Of a DNA stretch of 64,000 nt, positions 57,721 through 64,000 are shown in pieces. Source of the DNA: Burkholderiales bacterium (lineage in GTDB: Bacteria > Pseudomonadota > Gammaproteobacteria > Burkholderiales > Burkholderiaceae_C). The stretch is from the NCBI GenBank assembly GCA_038236565.1, contig JBBRZP010000001.1:17759-81758 (forward strand), read 5' to 3'. The stretch's first letter is position 1; every line of letters begins with the position of its first letter. A program made the position numbers and the translations under genes. The notes below the pieces were generated by a model. That model did not search any database and had not been told where the DNA came from. It was given only the letters and a program-made list of their open reading frames with translations.

Positions 57721-58188
57721 ATGAACACACTTCTCTTGCGTCCCGTCGCCGCGTCGCTGCTGCTGGTCGTCGCCGGCGCCGTCGCCGCCGCCGACGTCAC
57801 CACCACCAAGGCAGACGACAAGCTCGCGCCGGCACGCTCGCGCATCGCCGAGAAGGACTGGGGCGCGGCGCTGACCGAGCTGAAGAAGGTCAACGACCGC
57901 GGCAGCGCCGACTGGAACAACCTCATGGGCTACAGCCTGAGGAAGGCCGACGCCGCCAACATCCCCGAGGCCGAGAAGTTCTACAGCGAGGCGCTGCGCA
58001 TCGAGCCGAGGCACCGCGGTGCTCTCGAGTACTCGGGCGAGCTCTACCTCATGACCGGCAAGCTCGACCTCGCCGAGCAGCGCCTGGCGGCGCTCGACAA
58101 GGCCTGCTTCCTGCCGTGCGAGGAGTACACCGACCTGAAGCGGGCGGTCGCGAAGTACAAGGCGGCGGGCAACAAGTACGTTCCGTAG
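57721..58188 (+). CDS. Exported tetratricopeptide repeat protein
   Basis: Signal peptide; ADWNNLMGYSLRK, Y..AL...PRHRGALEYSGE.YL, C..PCEEY. Confidence 0.8.
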   Translation: MNTLLLRPVAASLLLVVAGAVAAADVTTTKADDKLAPARSRIAEKDWGAALTELKKVNDRGSADWNNLMGYSLRKADAANIPEAEKFYSEALRIEPRHRGALEYSGELYLMTGKLDLAEQRLAALDKACFLPCEEYTDLKRAVAKYKAAGNKYVP

Positions 58189-58319
58189 CGAAACGTCGCG
58201 GCGCGGCCACGCGTTCGGCATGCGATGCCAAATGCGACCGCTCAGCCCCTCGTCCGCGGGATGCGCTTGTCATATGGCGCATCGATACTCGGGTCACGGA
58301 GCTTCGCTTCGGAGACGCC

Positions 58320-58529
58320 ATGAACCTGATCGCCCGCGCCCGCCGCTATCTGTCGACTCCGCGTCGTGCGCGCCGGACGTTGGACGATCCGGCCGACATG
58401 GGCACCGCCTTCGGCCTCGACGCGATCACCACGATCCAGCCCGAGACCGCTGCCGAGGCCGCCGCACGCGAACGCGCCGTGCCGCCGAACCGCATGGAAT
58501 ACCGGCTGCACCGCCGCTCCACGTTCTGA
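58320..58529 (+). CDS. Small hypothetical protein (69 aa)
   Basis: RBS GGAGA before ATG; DPADMGTAFGLD motif. Confidence 0.55.
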   Translation: MNLIARARRYLSTPRRARRTLDDPADMGTAFGLDAITTIQPETAAEAAARERAVPPNRMEYRLHRRSTF

Positions 58530-58554
58530 TCGTCGCCGGCCCGCGCCGGCGCAC

Positions 58555-59325
58555 TCACACCTCGATGACCAGCTGCGGCAGATGCGCCGCAGGCTCGCCG
58601 CGCCTGGCATGCCCGCGCGAATTGCAGACGACCCGCGTCGCGCCGCCGTTGCGCGCGACCCGGTAGTCGTGTGCGCAGTGGACGTGACCGTGCAGCCAGA
58701 GATCGGCGAACGGCAGCAAGTCGTCGTCGGCGTTGCAGAAGCTCGCGGTGCCGCTCTTCGCACCGTAGCGCGGATCGGCGCTCTTCAGGCTCGGCGTGAA
58801 ATGGGTGACGACGACGGTCTTGTCCCAGCCGTCGCGGCCGCGCCGCAGCTCGACCTCGAGCCACGCGCGGCAGGCGAGAGCCTCGGTGCGGACGGCATCG
58901 GCATCGAACGGGCGGCCCGCCTGCGTCGCCTGCATGAGCTGCAGGAAGTAGCTGCCGGCGCGCATCGCCTTGGCGCGGCCGAGGACGCCGAAGAGATCGA
59001 AGTCGCTCCAGCGGGCGGTGCCGAGAAAGCGGATGCGCGTGCCCGCGTCGTCTTCGATCACGAGGCTGTCGCGCTCGAGCATCGTCAGGCCGAACGCGGC
59101 GCAGCGCGCACGCAAGTCGGCGGTCGCCTCGGTCAGGTCGCGGCCGTCGAACTCGTGGTTGCCGGCGACGAAGACGACCGGCACCGGCCAGCCTCGGAAG
59201 CGCTCGAGCGCGTCCCAGCGGCTGTCGATGTCGCCCGCCAGGACGAGCAGCTCGGCGCCGGGCGCCGGTTCGGGATCGTAGAGCTCGGTCTCGAGGTGCA
59301 GGTCCGAGAGGAGCTGCAGCCGCAT
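58555..59325 (-). CDS. Calcineurin-like metallophosphoesterase
   Basis: SDLH, AGDI, GNHE, VTH, HGHVH. Confidence 0.88.
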   Translation of the reverse strand: MRLQLLSDLHLETELYDPEPAPGAELLVLAGDIDSRWDALERFRGWPVPVVFVAGNHEFDGRDLTEATADLRARCAAFGLTMLERDSLVIEDDAGTRIRFLGTARWSDFDLFGVLGRAKAMRAGSYFLQLMQATQAGRPFDADAVRTEALACRAWLEVELRRGRDGWDKTVVVTHFTPSLKSADPRYGAKSGTASFCNADDDLLPFADLWLHGHVHCAHDYRVARNGGATRVVCNSRGHARRGEPAAHLPQLVIEV

Positions 59326-60136
59326 CAGGGCGCGGACGCCGGCGCAGCGCCGTGGCACTGCTTGAACTTGCGACCGCTGCCGCACGGGCACGGGTCGTTG
59401 CGGCCGACCTTGGGCGTCTGGCGCCGCGACGCTTCGACCTTGTAGCGCATCGGCGCAGTGATGTCGTAGAGGTCGGCGACGGCAGCGACGAGGGCGCCGA
59501 GCGCTGCGTCGAGCGACGCGGGCGGCGCCATCGCGGGCACCTCGGACGGCGCAGACGCCGCGTTGTCGTCCGCCGGCAGCCACTGCAGAACGCGGGCCGC
59601 CGTCGCATCGATCTCCGAATCGGACAGGTCGGCGAGCCCCGGCAGCAGCTGGAGCGCTTGCTCGAAGCCCGAGACCCACGGCGAGAGCATGTCGCGCACC
59701 GGATCGCCCGAGCCGGGCGGTGGCGCGGGCTCGTCCGGCGAGGACGCGTCGTCGGCGACGACCTCGCCCTCCCCGGCCGGCAGCGGCTGCAGCACGAACG
59801 GATCGAACCCGCCGAACTCGGCGAGCGAGCGGTTGAGCGCGGCATGGCGGCGCAGGATCAGGGCGCGGGCGCGCTGCAGCTCGGGCGACGGCTCGGCTTC
59901 GCCCCAGCGATGGCCGCCGGCGTCGAACACGAACGGCAGCCATTCATCGCTGGGGATCAGCCGTGGCTGGACGAGGACGCCGCACAGGAATCCGTCGAGC
60001 ATGACCGCGTCGAGCGGCTCGAGCGGCTCGGGGACGGAGGCAAGCAGCCCGTCGAGCTCGTCGAACTCGGCTTCGCTCAGGTCCTGCGCCGACGCGGCGA
60101 CCGCGCCCTTCGACGGCGGCGCGAACGAGGACAGGC

Positions 60137-60140
<4 letters not shown>
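59325..60140 (-). CDS. UPF0149/YecA family protein with C-terminal SEC-C motif
   Basis: LDGFLCG...[27 protein letters not shown]; TTG start overlaps the pckG stop. Confidence 0.85.
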
Positions 60141-62053
<1,913 letters not shown>

Positions 62054-62301
62054 GACGGCTCGAAGGAAGTGATTACCGGAGGCAGGGACGGCGATGCAAT
62101 GGCGTGAGCAAAGGCGGGGCCTGTTTCAGGCTCGTTGCCGGACCGCTCGTCGTTCAGGACGACGCTCGGGCGGTTCACGACTCATCGGCGGTGTCTCTGC
62201 GGCGCGCAGGGCGCACGAATATGGGATCAAGGCAGTGTAGCCCCGGGGCTTGCGGCGAGCGAGCCGGTGGTCGGGACGGGCCCCCCGCGATAATGGGGTC
62301 G

Positions 62302-63117
62302 ATGGTCAGCCGGCGCACGCTCCTCACCGCCTGTGCCGCGCCGATGTGGCCCGGCCTGGCGCCGGCCGAGCGCCCGGCGGACCGCGGCGGGCCGCTGCGC
62401 GTCGGCGCCGATCACGCGCTGATCGACTCCGGCCTGGCGCGAAGCCTGCAGCACGCGTTCGGCGCGAACACCGGCATCGCGATCCTGCTCGTCCCCGGAC
62501 CGGCCACGGCCGTGCTCGAGGCGCTTCGCAACGGCGAGGTCGACGCCGCCCTGCTCGACATCCCCGCCGCCGAGGCCGACCTCGACCGCCAGGGCCTGGT
62601 CCACGACCGGCAGGCGATCGCCCAGGGCGAGTTCATCCTGGTCGGGCCGGTGCCGACCGCGGCGCACGGCGCACGCGGCCGCCGTCCGCCCGCCGGCCGC
62701 AGCGGGGTCGAAGCGCTCGATCGCATCCGGCTCCAGGCTCTCGCCGATCCGAACAGCCTGGTCTTCCTGTCATCCGGCGACGGCTCGGGCGTGCACGTCG
62801 CCGAGCAGGCGCTCTGGCGCGCCGCGAAGATCGCGCCGGCCGCGCCCTGGTACATCGCCGCCGACCCGAAGCAGCCGTTCATCGCCCAGGCACGTGCCCG
62901 CGGCGCCCATGCCCTCGTCGAGCGCGCCGCCTGGACGCGCCAGGGCGGCGCGCCGCTGGCGGTGCTGGTCGAGGGCGATCCGGCGCTGGTCGAATCGGTG
63001 CACGCGATGCGCTCGTTCCGGGTCAGCCACCCGGCCGGCAAGATCTTCGTCGCCTGGATCGCCGGTGGCCGCGGCCGCGCTGTGGTCGCGTCGCACGCCG
63101 GCTATCGGCCGGCCTGA
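62302..63117 (+). CDS. TupA-like (tungstate-binding fold) periplasmic protein, divergent
   Basis: Twin-Arg-like leader SRRTLL; DSGL, G..D, FILVGP, F.S.GD.SG.H..E..LW motifs of TupA, but the TTTS motif is absent. Confidence 0.6.
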   Translation: MVSRRTLLTACAAPMWPGLAPAERPADRGGPLRVGADHALIDSGLARSLQHAFGANTGIAILLVPGPATAVLEALRNGEVDAALLDIPAAEADLDRQGLVHDRQAIAQGEFILVGPVPTAAHGARGRRPPAGRSGVEALDRIRLQALADPNSLVFLSSGDGSGVHVAEQALWRAAKIAPAAPWYIAADPKQPFIAQARARGAHALVERAAWTRQGGAPLAVLVEGDPALVESVHAMRSFRVSHPAGKIFVAWIAGGRGRAVVASHAGYRPA

Positions 63118-63128
63118 GCCCGACTGCG

Positions 63129-63713
63129 ATGGCTCTGTCCGGAACGCTACAGAGCCTGAATGTCGCTCGCGCGACGCCGGTCGCGATCAACGGCCGCAAG
63201 GTGTTGACCGGGATCGGCAAGCGTCCGGTCGAAAGCCGCCTCGCCGTGCTGCCGCTCGGCCTCGAAGGCGACGAGCAGGCCGATCTCTCGGTGCACGGCG
63301 GCCCGAGCAAGGCCGTCTACGCCTACCCGAGCGAGCACTACAAGTTCTGGCAGACGGTGCGCGCGCAGGCCGGGATCTCGCTGTGGGACGAGGCCTTGCC
63401 GCCCGGTTCGCTCGGGGAGAACCTGACGGTCGCGGGCGTGGTCGAGAACCAGGTCTGGATCGGCGACGTGCTGCGGTTCGCGCACTGCGCGCTCGCCGTG
63501 AGCGAGCCACGCTATCCGTGCTTCAAGTTCACCGCCGCGATGGGCTTCAAGCACGCCGCCAAGCTGATGGCGCAGAGCGTATGGTGCGGCTTCTATCTCG
63601 CGGTGCGCGAGCCCGGGACGATCGCAGCGGGTGAGACGTTCGAGATCGTTCCCGGGCCGCGCGAGGTCGGCATCGCCGAGCTGTTCCGGGCCCGCATGAG
63701 CAGGGCCGGCTGA
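63129..63713 (+). CDS. MOSC domain protein (YiiM-like, no 3-alpha domain)
   Basis: GDEQADL.VHGG..KAVYAY..EHY, GENL, IGD, PRYPCFK, GFY. Confidence 0.87.
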   Translation: MALSGTLQSLNVARATPVAINGRKVLTGIGKRPVESRLAVLPLGLEGDEQADLSVHGGPSKAVYAYPSEHYKFWQTVRAQAGISLWDEALPPGSLGENLTVAGVVENQVWIGDVLRFAHCALAVSEPRYPCFKFTAAMGFKHAAKLMAQSVWCGFYLAVREPGTIAAGETFEIVPGPREVGIAELFRARMSRAG

Positions 63714-64000
63714 ATGCTGGCGTACCGCCACGCCTTCCACGCCGGCAACCACGCCGACGTGCTCAAGCACGTCGTCCTGATGCTGGTGCTCCAGCACCTG
63801 AACGCCAAGCCCAAGGCCTATCGCTTCATCGACACCCACGCCGGCGCCGGCGGCTACTCGCTCGAAGGGCGCTACGCGCAGAAGAACGGCGAGTTCGAGC
63901 GCGGCGTGGGCCTGCTCTGGACCCGCGACGACCTGCCCGCGCCGCTCGCCGACTACGTCGCGCTCGTGCGGCGCTTCAATCCCGACGGCGTGCTCACCCA
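63714..64000 (+). CDS. rlmJ: 23S rRNA (adenine(2030)-N6)-methyltransferase RlmJ (3'-truncated by window edge)
   Basis: Read directly from the sequence (absent from ORF track): MLAYRHAFHAGNHADVLKH...IDTHAGAGGY. Confidence 0.92.
   Translation, partial: MLAYRHAFHAGNHADVLKHVVLMLVLQHLNAKPKAYRFIDTHAGAGGYSLEGRYAQKNGEFERGVGLLWTRDDLPAPLADYVALVRRFNPDGVLT

Overview
A 64-kb, very GC-rich, gene-dense chromosomal segment. Gene content and order (radA-ilvE-waaF, alr-lplT, cytochrome c5 next to tRNA-Arg(CCG), GTP-type PEPCK, Bug-family solute-binding proteins) point to a Burkholderiales betaproteobacterium; this is inference. The right third (about 40.6-64 kb) is mostly housekeeping. The left two-thirds is an accessory catabolic/transport region. 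It holds an oxidative hexuronate/aldarate locus (udh, TRAP, GntR regulator with a palindromic operator, gudD, garL) and an IlvD-lactonase-MFS operon facing a TRAP operon with an embedded class II aldolase. It also holds a 9-gene uncharacterised cluster at 26.9-35.9 kb (atypical SDR, tandem GNAT, DHDPS-like aldolase, enolase-superfamily enzyme, Fe/2OG dioxygenase, NMT1/THI5-type ABC transporter, single-barrel MetE-like Zn enzyme), which is the best candidate for an undescribed pathway. Three decayed genes, a divergent pair of sigma-28-like promoters driving unknown genes, stop-codon-centred palindromes and codon-usage patches inside pckG and a DUF6351-like gene were also seen. No integrase, transposase, prophage or CRISPR array was detected. 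All family assignments come from motif recognition, not database searches.
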